In this document: positions 9,124 to 16,021 of the stretch, one piece after another
Layout of the letters: each line of letters starts with the position of its first letter
How positions within the stretch are numbered: position 1 is the first letter of the stretch
Source: a virus
Strand: one strand, 5' to 3'
DNA: 64,000 nucleotides
Virus record (IMG/VR): IMGVR_UViG_3300046779_000879
Coordinates: 32,001 to 96,000 of that record
The notes under the pieces: generated by a model
Database searches by the model: none
Seen by the model: only the letters and a program-made list of their open reading frames with translations
What the model was told of the DNA's origin: nothing
Translations under genes and position numbers: made by a program

Positions 9124-10392
9124 CTATCGCCAATAATGCCAATATTCTCTATTACGATCATTTTTGTATTGTTCGTAACGAATGATAACGATACCAGATC
9201 CACCAGCACCACCAGCACCACCATTTGAAGATCCAGCACCGCCACCACCAGTGTTTGAAGATCCAGCACCACTATTTCCACCTGGACGTAAATTAGCTGC
9301 AGATCCTCCGCCACCTAGTCCACCCAGTCCACCAAATGTTCCACCAGTTAATGCTGTGGTTCCAAATATACCAAAACTATTTGCGCATCCACCGCCACCA
9401 CCACCACCGTAGTAAACATCTGAGCCAGTAATATTTGATAGAAAACCAATTCCACCATTTCCTGCTCTATCACCGCCACCAGCTATACTACCATTTGTTC
9501 CAGGACCACCAGCACCACCACCGCCACCAGCTAATCCTATTGCGCTGTAGTTTCCTCCAGCAAAACCTTGTCCATTTGTTCCAAGTGCACCAACAGAGTG
9601 ACCATATCCACCGCCACCACCAGAAGATCCTGGTCGGGCTGCAGCAGGATTACCTGCTCCGCCAAAATTTTGATTACTAATTACACCAGAAGATCCAGCA
9701 CCACCACCAAGAGCAACTATTCCAAATATAGAAGAGTTTCCTCCGTTTGAAGATTGTCTATATGGTACGGCAACTTGATTATCGAAACCAGATCCTCCAC
9801 CACCCCCAACTGTAACTTCCCATGTACCACTTGGAATAAGGATAGATCCATAAACAACACCGCCACCACCGCCACCACCACCTGAAAGGTCGGTTCTTGT
9901 GCTATCTTTAAATGGGAATGATCCATTATATCCACCACCGCCACCACCGCCACCGCCAACGATAAGATACTCTACTAATCCACCCACTGACATATACAGT
10001 GTAGTTGAAGATGTAAAGGTATGAATTTTATAGTTGACTGGAGAACCAAATTGTTTTTGGTAGTATGAAATTGATCCACCCTCTGCAATTACTTGGGAAT
10101 CTCTTAATTGATTTGTGATTTGGTTTCTATTGTTATTGTTAGTGGAAGATTCATTGAAATAATTTACGTCATTATCCATACCACCAGCCACATTTTCTGC
10201 AAACCATCTCTCTAATTTTGAGTAATCTTCAACTGTGAGCAGTTCTTCTGGAGATCTCAAATTAAATGGAAAATATGGAAGTGGTGTTCTCCACCATTGT
10301 TCAACCTGCTCTTCTGTTCCACCACACATTAACTTCTTTGACCTACTATAAAGAGCAGTATTTTTAAAATTTGGATTTTTTAGTTGTGTCAT
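9124..10392 (-). CDS. glycine-rich protein with N-terminal DUF2384-like motif
   Basis: HTFTSS..EYLIVGGGGGGG...GGSGIVIIRY glycine-rich domain typical of phage fibre-like proteins; TATAAATA upstream. Confidence 0.8.
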   Translation of the reverse strand: MTQLKNPNFKNTALYSRSKKLMCGGTEEQVEQWWRTPLPYFPFNLRSPEELLTVEDYSKLERWFAENVAGGMDNDVNYFNESSTNNNNRNQITNQLRDSQVIAEGGSISYYQKQFGSPVNYKIHTFTSSTTLYMSVGGLVEYLIVGGGGGGGGGYNGSFPFKDSTRTDLSGGGGGGGGVVYGSILIPSGTWEVTVGGGGGSGFDNQVAVPYRQSSNGGNSSIFGIVALGGGAGSSGVISNQNFGGAGNPAAARPGSSGGGGGYGHSVGALGTNGQGFAGGNYSAIGLAGGGGGAGGPGTNGSIAGGGDRAGNGGIGFLSNITGSDVYYGGGGGGGCANSFGIFGTTALTGGTFGGLGGLGGGGSAANLRPGGNSGAGSSNTGGGGAGSSNGGAGGAGGSGIVIIRYEQYKNDRNREYWHYWR

Positions 10393-10417
10393 TTAGAATA
10401 CCATTAGGATAGTTGTA

Positions 10418-10425
10418 TATTTATA
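10418..10425 (-). promoter_or_regulatory. T4-type late promoter
   Basis: perfect TATAAATA. Confidence 0.7.
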
Positions 10426-10439
10426 ATAGGCATTTTTTG

Positions 10440-10820
10440 TTATTTTATGACTTCTTCAGCTGATAATTCTAAATCTTCTGATAAAAGGTTTAGATCCCCA
10501 CATCCTGTTAAGACGTGTGGTTTTGTCATTCGTTGTTTTTTTTCTGCGATAAATTCGTGAATTTTCTTGGAGTTTTCCAATAATGATTCTGCTTCTAATT
10601 TAGCTGCATCTATATCAATATAGCCACTGGCGATAGAAATAACAGCTAAACAGTGTAATTCATCTTTTGTTAAAGAAATCTTTCGCAAATCATCTGTATC
10701 ACCATAAAACAGTAGATCCAACCCAAGTTTAGAATTCCACTCACTAAACTCTAAACACGCTTCAGTGGTTCCAATATTTTCTAACTTACCATTAATCCCA
10801 TCGAATCTTATATCATTCAT
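10440..10820 (-). CDS. hypothetical protein
   Basis: 126-aa ORF with AAGGAG RBS. Confidence 0.7.
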   Translation of the reverse strand: MNDIRFDGINGKLENIGTTEACLEFSEWNSKLGLDLLFYGDTDDLRKISLTKDELHCLAVISIASGYIDIDAAKLEAESLLENSKKIHEFIAEKKQRMTKPHVLTGCGDLNLLSEDLELSAEEVIK

Positions 10821-10831
10821 GATTTTTCTCC

Positions 10832-11560
10832 TTATACACTAAATGGACATCTTTTCATTTTTTTATAGTTTGAAATAAAATGTGGTCTAAATGAACTGCC
10901 AGTCTGAATTTTATCATATTCTATTTTATCTACTTGAATAGATTTAAATTCAACATTATGATCACCATCTAAACAAATTAAATGATACAATGGATCAAGA
11001 AAATTCATTTTAATTCTTCTAATATATGATGGTAGTAATAAATTAACATTAATTCCATGGTTATATTTAAAATCTAAAACTCCTGGAAGATATACAATTC
11101 CATAATCATTAACGATATTATTGTATGTTGGTTCAATTGCTACAAATTTAACATCTTTGTTACATTTAAATAACCATGGTGCTACTAATTTTATATGATG
11201 AAAATGTTCAAATTTATATTGATCAGTGGCAAATTGTTCTTTTGGATGAGTTTCAGGATTATCAAGGTTACTACAATCTGAATATTGGTAACAGTATGAG
11301 TTTTCATCGACATCTATTAAAAGGTCAGACCACATTGGAACGATATTTCCTCGGTTGTATAGATCAATAAACCCTGCACAAGTTTTCATTGTCGGAGTTG
11401 GCATCGCCACCCCAAGATTATTTGCTTTGTAAATTTCCTTTGGTATTTTTTTCCACCAATCAGGTAAAAACTTTGATGCTCTAGGAATACCAATATTTGC
11501 CAATTGTTCAACTTTGGTAAAACACTCTACAACTAACTTTTTTTTCTTAAAGAAAAACAT
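10832..11560 (-). CDS. hypothetical protein (low GC)
   Basis: 242-aa ORF; PDWWK..TMKTCAGF..PMWSD motifs. Confidence 0.7.
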   Translation of the reverse strand: MFFFKKKKLVVECFTKVEQLANIGIPRASKFLPDWWKKIPKEIYKANNLGVAMPTPTMKTCAGFIDLYNRGNIVPMWSDLLIDVDENSYCYQYSDCSNLDNPETHPKEQFATDQYKFEHFHHIKLVAPWLFKCNKDVKFVAIEPTYNNIVNDYGIVYLPGVLDFKYNHGINVNLLLPSYIRRIKMNFLDPLYHLICLDGDHNVEFKSIQVDKIEYDKIQTGSSFRPHFISNYKKMKRCPFSV

Positions 11561-11563
11561 ATA

Positions 11564-11767
11564 TTATCCACCTCGTCCAGCAGCACGTTTGATTGGCTTA
11601 TTGGATTGAATATTCTTCAGTGCCTGCTTAATCATACCACTAGCTTCTTTTGGAGAATGACCACGCTTTAATAAATCTTTCTTCGCTTTCTTTTTTGTTC
11701 GCTTGAGCAGTTTCTTTGCTTCCCACTCTTGTTTAAATGTAGATACTTCTTTGTTTTCTTCAGTCAT
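11564..11767 (-). CDS. small basic protein
   Basis: GGAG RBS before MTEENK. Confidence 0.65.
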   Translation of the reverse strand: MTEENKEVSTFKQEWEAKKLLKRTKKKAKKDLLKRGHSPKEASGMIKQALKNIQSNKPIKRAAGRGG

Positions 11768-11780
11768 AACTCCTCCATGT

Positions 11781-11854
11781 TGGAGCGGATAGTGGGAATC
11801 GAACCCAACCCTGCGCAGCTTGGAAGGCTGGCGACGCACCTCACGCTTATCCGC
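11781..11854 (-). tRNA. tRNA-Gly(TCC), atypical
   Basis: 7-bp acceptor stem, CTTCCAA loop, GGTTCGATTCC T-arm, encoded CCA; irregular D-arm. Confidence 0.8.
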
Positions 11855-11860
11855 TTATTT

Positions 11861-12682
11861 CTATATCAATTTTTTTTCTATTAAATACTTTTCAAAATCC
11901 CATTCAAAAAGATCGGTTACGCATAACATTGGGTTTGCAGAAGCTATTATTGGTAACTTTTTATTAAACCAATCTTCTATATGAAAATGAGATCCACGAT
12001 TTTTCTTAGGAAATACTGTATCAGGAAAACAATCTTTGTAAATTTTATCTCTTATGTCAAATCCCTTTTCTTTAGTAGTCTTAAACTCTTTTAAGAAAAT
12101 TGGATGTCGGACATAAGATAATAGTATTCTGTCTGTTGTAAAGTTAAACCATTTTTCTGAATTGTTTCTAATAAGTTCTCGACACTGCCAAGTTATAGGC
12201 ATTTTACCATTAATAACTTTATATTCTGAACATGCACCAGATAAGAATATTCCTTGAAATCCTTTGTCTTGTTGAAGTTTCATCATATATTCCATCATAT
12301 ACAGATTAAAAACCCTATGAACTACCCTATTAGTTTGTGATCTATGCATCACAAACTCGGAAAATAATCTTTCATCTAAGTAAATCGGCTCATGATTTAT
12401 TTTCCATTGTCTACAAAAAGAAGTGCTTACTAAACTATCGTAATCACTAAGATCTTTTTTATGAACATAGGTACAAGCAGTGAATGGAATACCAAGTTCA
12501 ATTAAACATCTTGCTATAAATCTACTGTCACAGCCACCACTAAGAATTAGTTTTACATCTTTATTTTTACATATTTGTTCAAAGTGATCTAATACTTCTT
12601 CTTTGAATGATTTTAAAGTAGATTCAACTGAGAAATCTATTTCTACATCACACTTGTTTATATGTATAAAATTATACTTCAT
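11861..12682 (-). CDS. asparagine-synthase-like N-type ATP pyrophosphatase
   Basis: PP-loop LILSGGCDS. Confidence 0.6.
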   Translation of the reverse strand: MKYNFIHINKCDVEIDFSVESTLKSFKEEVLDHFEQICKNKDVKLILSGGCDSRFIARCLIELGIPFTACTYVHKKDLSDYDSLVSTSFCRQWKINHEPIYLDERLFSEFVMHRSQTNRVVHRVFNLYMMEYMMKLQQDKGFQGIFLSGACSEYKVINGKMPITWQCRELIRNNSEKWFNFTTDRILLSYVRHPIFLKEFKTTKEKGFDIRDKIYKDCFPDTVFPKKNRGSHFHIEDWFNKKLPIIASANPMLCVTDLFEWDFEKYLIEKKLI

Positions 12683-12685
12683 GTA

Positions 12686-13258
12686 TTATTTTTTAAATTT
12701 TAGTACAGTGTTAAAAGCAATTGAAATTCTATCTTCACTTGATTCATTAGAAATTACGCTATGTGGTAACCAAGAAGGAAACAACACTAATTGTCCTGTG
12801 CTTGGTTTAATCCGAATCACTGTAGAGTTGTACGAATTATATTCTTTAATCATGTTAGGAAAAATGACAAATGCAGCAACTGGATTTGGATTACTAAACT
12901 CCAACGCTGACGCATCTTTCCCTGCCTTAACATAATACACTCCTGACATTAACATCCCTGGACAATCATTATGTACATGATGTGCAACAATATATGGATT
13001 AGAATTTATATTCACCCATGCATTGTAAATTTTTTGTTCAGTGGCATCAGAAAATTGTAAATGGTCATGTAATGCATCAATTCTAGCACCAATCTCAGTG
13101 AACAATTCTTTTAATTCTGGTTCTGTTCCTTTGAAATAGGTAGTTTTATCTTTCTCTACACCTTCAGTCACTTTGTAGCAATAGTCAGCTATAGAATCAT
13201 TATCTATTTCCAATTCATCTGCTGCAAAGAAATTACTAAAAACATTTTCAATCTTCAT
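12686..13258 (-). CDS. 2OG-Fe(II) oxygenase (TIGR02466-like)
   Basis: AWVN, HVH, SGVYYV, LFPSWLPHSV, RISIAFN. Confidence 0.85.
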   Translation of the reverse strand: MKIENVFSNFFAADELEIDNDSIADYCYKVTEGVEKDKTTYFKGTEPELKELFTEIGARIDALHDHLQFSDATEQKIYNAWVNINSNPYIVAHHVHNDCPGMLMSGVYYVKAGKDASALEFSNPNPVAAFVIFPNMIKEYNSYNSTVIRIKPSTGQLVLFPSWLPHSVISNESSEDRISIAFNTVLKFKK

Positions 13259-13283
13259 AAACTCACTCTCTTTTATTTTAAAA

Positions 13284-13358
13284 TGGCTCCAAAGGTAGGG
13301 ATCGAACCTACGACCAATTGATTAACAGTCAACTGCACTACCGCTGTGCTACTTTGGA
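13284..13358 (-). tRNA. tRNA-Asn(GTT)
   Basis: cloverleaf, CCA end. Confidence 0.95.
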
Positions 13359-13366
13359 ACAAACTT

Positions 13367-13450
13367 TGGTGCGAGAGGAGAGACTCGAACTCTCACGACT
13401 CACGTCACTGGCTTCTAAGACCAGCGTGGCTACCATTACACCACTCTCGC
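13367..13450 (-). tRNA. tRNA-Leu(TAG)
   Basis: cloverleaf with long variable arm, CCA end. Confidence 0.95.
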
Positions 13451-13462
13451 ATCTACTTATCT

Positions 13463-13540
13463 TGGTCGGAGATGAAGGATTCGAACCTTCGGTCTTCTGC
13501 TCCCAAAGCAGACGGATTAACCAGACTTTCCCAATCTCCG
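13463..13540 (-). tRNA. tRNA-Pro(TGG)
   Basis: cloverleaf, CCA end. Confidence 0.95.
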
Positions 13541-13548
13541 ATAAACTT

Positions 13549-13622
13549 TGGTGCTCCCTGACAGAATCGAACTGCCATCAGAGGATTACAAATCCACTGT
13601 AATACCATTATACTAAGAGAGC
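13549..13622 (-). tRNA. tRNA-Thr(TGT)
   Basis: cloverleaf, loop TTTGTAA, CCA end. Confidence 0.9.
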
Positions 13623-13623
13623 A

Positions 13624-13697
13624 TGGTTGCGGATGCTGGAATCGAACCAACAACTGAAGCATATGAAACTTCCGAGATACCGTTTCTCTAATCCGCT
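13624..13697 (-). tRNA. tRNA-Met(CAT), initiator-like
   Basis: 1:72 mismatch, loop TTCATAT, ends CGCAACCA. Confidence 0.85.
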
Positions 13698-13703
13698 ACA
13701 ACT

Positions 13704-13778
13704 TGGCGACTCGTGGGAGGATCGAACTCCCGTGATCGGATAGACAATCCGACGTAATAACCATTATACGAACGAGCC
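13704..13778 (-). tRNA. tRNA-Asp(GTC)
   Basis: cloverleaf, GCCA end. Confidence 0.95.
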
Positions 13779-13784
13779 ATTATT

Positions 13785-14368
13785 TTAAAATGGAATGTAA
13801 TGTTCATTGTATGTTTTTTGAATACTATTTTGAACAACTGGTATTAAATCAAATGCTATAGTTATTCTTGGAAAATCTTCATCCCACTCTGAACTTTTAT
13901 GTTTGTCGCCATCAGACTTACCAAAAACTAAAAGACCATTTTTATTTTGAACATCATATTGTATATCTGGAGGAATTTTATAACTTGTATAAGAATTTCC
14001 TACATTTACACAATAATATCCATGATATGCTCTGGCACTACTTTCCCAGTGTCCATGCCAATCTATAAAACTTCCTTTTTTAAAAACATTTAACCAACAT
14101 TGAATCACATATTGTTTTTCTGGTAGTAAAGGTTTAACAACCTCTCTTATATTTTCTAACAAATCATTTGTGTGTTGAGTATGATAACTAAAAAAGTTGT
14201 ACTTGCTAAAATTTTGCGTAGTGTAAGAACCAGCTAGTGTAGATATTTCTTGTTCACCATTTTTATCTATCACATACTTCTCTAATTCTAGACAGTTTTC
14301 AAGTAGTTTTTATTATCAATTTGTATCATCTTTGAAAATAAAAAATTAGGAATTAGTTCATTTATCAT
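13785..14368 (-). pseudogene. 2OG-Fe(II) oxygenase-like gene with an apparent 1-nt frameshift near its 5' end
   Basis: CWLN, HGH, HGYYCV, H..RITIAFD; the RBS/ATG at 14368 is out of frame across an A5 run at 14307-14311. Confidence 0.6.
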
Positions 14369-14383
14369 ACATTATCCTTATTT

Positions 14384-14467
14384 TGGTGGAGAATCTTGGA
14401 GTCGAACCAAGTTTCCAGAGGACACAGATTTACAGTCTGCTGCAGTCGCCAATGCTGCTCATTCTCC
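14384..14467 (-). tRNA. tRNA-Tyr(GTA)
   Basis: cloverleaf with variable arm, CCA end. Confidence 0.95.
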
Positions 14468-14473
14468 AATACT

Positions 14474-14591
14474 ATTAGTTTAGCTGACGCACTGTTTGCT
14501 ATACCTCAACAGCTTTACTCGAGTTTACTGTTTATTGATATAGTTACGGAGAGTTGACGTTTACTCAATGGCTTACATCAGCTAAACTAAT
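14474..14591 (-). ncRNA. structured RNA between tRNA-Glu and tRNA-Tyr
   Basis: 14-bp perfect closing stem ATTAGTTTAGCTGA/TCAGCTAAACTAAT with internal hairpins. Confidence 0.6.
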
Positions 14592-14665
14592 GGTACACGA
14601 TAGGAGAATCGAACTCCTCTTCCTGCCGTGAAAGGGCAGTGTCCTAACCGATAGACGAATCGTGC
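14591..14665 (-). tRNA. tRNA-Glu(TTC)
   Basis: cloverleaf, CCA end. Confidence 0.95.
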
Positions 14666-14669
14666 ATAG

Positions 14670-14779
14670 TGGTAGTTTTTAGAGAACTACCAAACTCTGC
14701 GTACTTGCATGGGTAACTTATCCCAACTTCATGCTTTAGATTCGACTAAAGACTCATAGAAGATTTCAGAAGAACTACT
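14670..14779 (-). ncRNA. structured RNA ending in CCA
   Basis: T-loop-like hairpin CTTTAG-TCGAAT-CTAAAG, further stems, 3' AACTACCA. Confidence 0.5.
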
Positions 14780-14808
14780 ATTATACATCAAAACTTATTG
14801 CAAGACAA
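14780..14808 (-). promoter_or_regulatory. sigma70-type promoter inside the tRNA array
   Basis: TTGTCT-N17-TATAAT. Confidence 0.8.
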
Positions 14809-14816
14809 CAATTATC

Positions 14817-14893
14817 TGGAGTGGGTGACAGGGATCGAACCTGCATAATACGGATTTGCAATCCGTCACCTAACCATTCAGTAGCACACCCAC
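14817..14893 (-). tRNA. tRNA-Cys(GCA)
   Basis: cloverleaf, TCCA end. Confidence 0.95.
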
Positions 14894-14899
14894 ATAATC

Positions 14900-14974
14900 T
14901 GGCACGGCATGGAGGAATCGAACCACCATTCTGAGTTTAGAAGACTCATGTCCTATCCGTTGAACGAATGCCGT
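14900..14974 (-). tRNA. tRNA-Arg(TCT)
   Basis: cloverleaf, CCA end. Confidence 0.95.
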
Positions 14975-14979
14975 ATAAC

Positions 14980-15067
14980 TGGCGGAAGAACTGAGATTCG
15001 AACTCAGGGAACATTTCTGTTCGGCAGTTTTCAAGACTGCTGGTTTAAACCACTCACCCACTCTTCC
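14980..15067 (-). tRNA. tRNA-Ser(TGA)
   Basis: cloverleaf with long variable arm, GCCA end. Confidence 0.95.
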
Positions 15068-15073
15068 TAAACT

Positions 15074-15158
15074 TGGTGCGACTGACCAGAATCGAACTGG
15101 TATGACTTGCGTCGAGAGATTTTAAGTCTCTTGTGTCTACCTATTTCACCACAGTCGC
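15074..15158 (-). tRNA. tRNA-Leu(TAA)
   Basis: cloverleaf with long variable arm, CCA end. Confidence 0.95.
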
Positions 15159-15167
15159 AATAACTCT

Positions 15168-15196
15168 ATTATACCCCAAACGATCTTGCAAGTCAA
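15168..15196 (-). promoter_or_regulatory. sigma70-type promoter inside the tRNA array
   Basis: TTGACT-N17-TATAAT. Confidence 0.8.
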
Positions 15197-15271
15197 TGGT
15201 GTGCCAACTAAGAATTGAACTTAGACTCAACCGATTATGAGTCGGACGCTTTACCATTAAGCTATTGGCAC
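15197..15271 (-). tRNA. tRNA(CAT), Ile2 or elongator Met
   Basis: cloverleaf, loop CTCATAA, CCA end. Confidence 0.9.
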
Positions 15272-15278
15272 ATTGTTC

Positions 15279-15326
15279 TTATTGCACGTTTTCGTGAATC
15301 CACTTCCAGTATTCTTCTACTGTCAT
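15279..15326 (-). CDS. 15-aa peptide MTVEEYWKWIHENVQ
   Basis: strong GAGGAG RBS directly after the terminator. Confidence 0.45.
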   Translation of the reverse strand: MTVEEYWKWIHENVQ

Positions 15327-15339
15327 TTCTTTCTCCTCT

Positions 15340-15377
15340 AAAAACAAAAAACCCTCGGAGATTTCTCTGCGAGGGTT
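15340..15377 (-). terminator. intrinsic terminator (attenuator hairpin 3:4)
   Basis: AACCCTCG..GAGAAATCTC-CGAGGGTT followed by a U-tract. Confidence 0.85.
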
Positions 15378-15398
15378 GATGAAAAGTATAATTACCTA

Positions 15399-15491
15399 TC
15401 AGCTAACCCTCACTCCTAGATTTAGGTATGAGTGTTCCAAGCCACATAATAGTGGATTGGTTGTTCTAAGTGTAGGTATATGTTTCATCAT
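15399..15491 (-). CDS. putative attenuator leader peptide (30 aa)
   Basis: MMKHIPTLRTTNPLLCGLEHSYLNLGVRVS; its 3' end is complementary to the terminator 5' arm; CTAAATA late-type promoter 8 nt before ATG. Confidence 0.65.
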   Translation of the reverse strand: MMKHIPTLRTTNPLLCGLEHSYLNLGVRVS

Positions 15492-15514
15492 AGTAATTCT
15501 ATTTAGGATTTATT

Positions 15515-16021
15515 TTATACATTTAAAACTTTTGCAACACTGTTCATTACTGCAGCAATGCGACCAATGTCACGTAGTTGCTCAACAGTGTAACCCTCTT
15601 TCTTCAGAGTTTCGTAGTGTGCCTTCACGCAGAAGTGGCACTTACCAACGATACTTGCAGCAAGAGAGAATGCTTCAAAATTTACCTTAGTTGTTCCACC
15701 ATGAGATGCAATCGCATTCATGCGTAGTTGAGCAGGTAGACCAGCCAATGCAGGATCGTCTGCCATCTCAACATACGGATACCATACGTTGTTCTGTGCC
15801 ATAATACTTGCAGCAGTCATCGCTGCATTCGCATGAACTGGATTGTCTGCCAACATCACTGCTAGAACTTTACCGTTACCAGTTGCAGCCAATGCAGCCA
15901 CGGCACAACCCATAGCAACATCGGCATCCAATGTGCTACGCAGAAGAACAGCATCAAGATTTAACTTGGTGTCCTTTGCATATTCAGGCAACGCTTCTTT
16001 AATAGAATCGTTGAATGCCAT
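15515..16021 (-). CDS. ahpD: alkylhydroperoxidase AhpD
   Basis: LPEYAKDTKLNL, MAQNNVWY, SIVGKCHFCVKAH. Confidence 0.9.
   Translation of the reverse strand: MAFNDSIKEALPEYAKDTKLNLDAVLLRSTLDADVAMGCAVAALAATGNGKVLAVMLADNPVHANAAMTAASIMAQNNVWYPYVEMADDPALAGLPAQLRMNAIASHGGTTKVNFEAFSLAASIVGKCHFCVKAHYETLKKEGYTVEQLRDIGRIAAVMNSVAKVLNV

Noticed and set aside
9190-9960. (CCA/CCG)n low-complexity tracts as a VNTR or DGR target
   Set aside because: They are polyglycine codons; no reverse transcriptase or template repeat is present.
11768-11839. N-terminal extension of ORF 11564-11839
   Set aside because: It overlaps tRNA-Gly; the start with an RBS is at 11767.
14474-14591. Hammerhead ribozyme (CTGATG near the 5' end)
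   Set aside because: The core reads CTGATGT, not CTGANGA, and there is no correctly placed GAAA.
13318-15061. ORFs overlapping the tRNA array (13318, 13346, 13453, 14870)
   Set aside because: Chance frames across tRNA genes.
13367-15158. Suppressor tRNAs or stop-codon recoding suggested by TAG, TAA and TGA triplets
   Set aside because: These are anticodons reading CTA, TTA and TCA; core genes are intact in the standard code.
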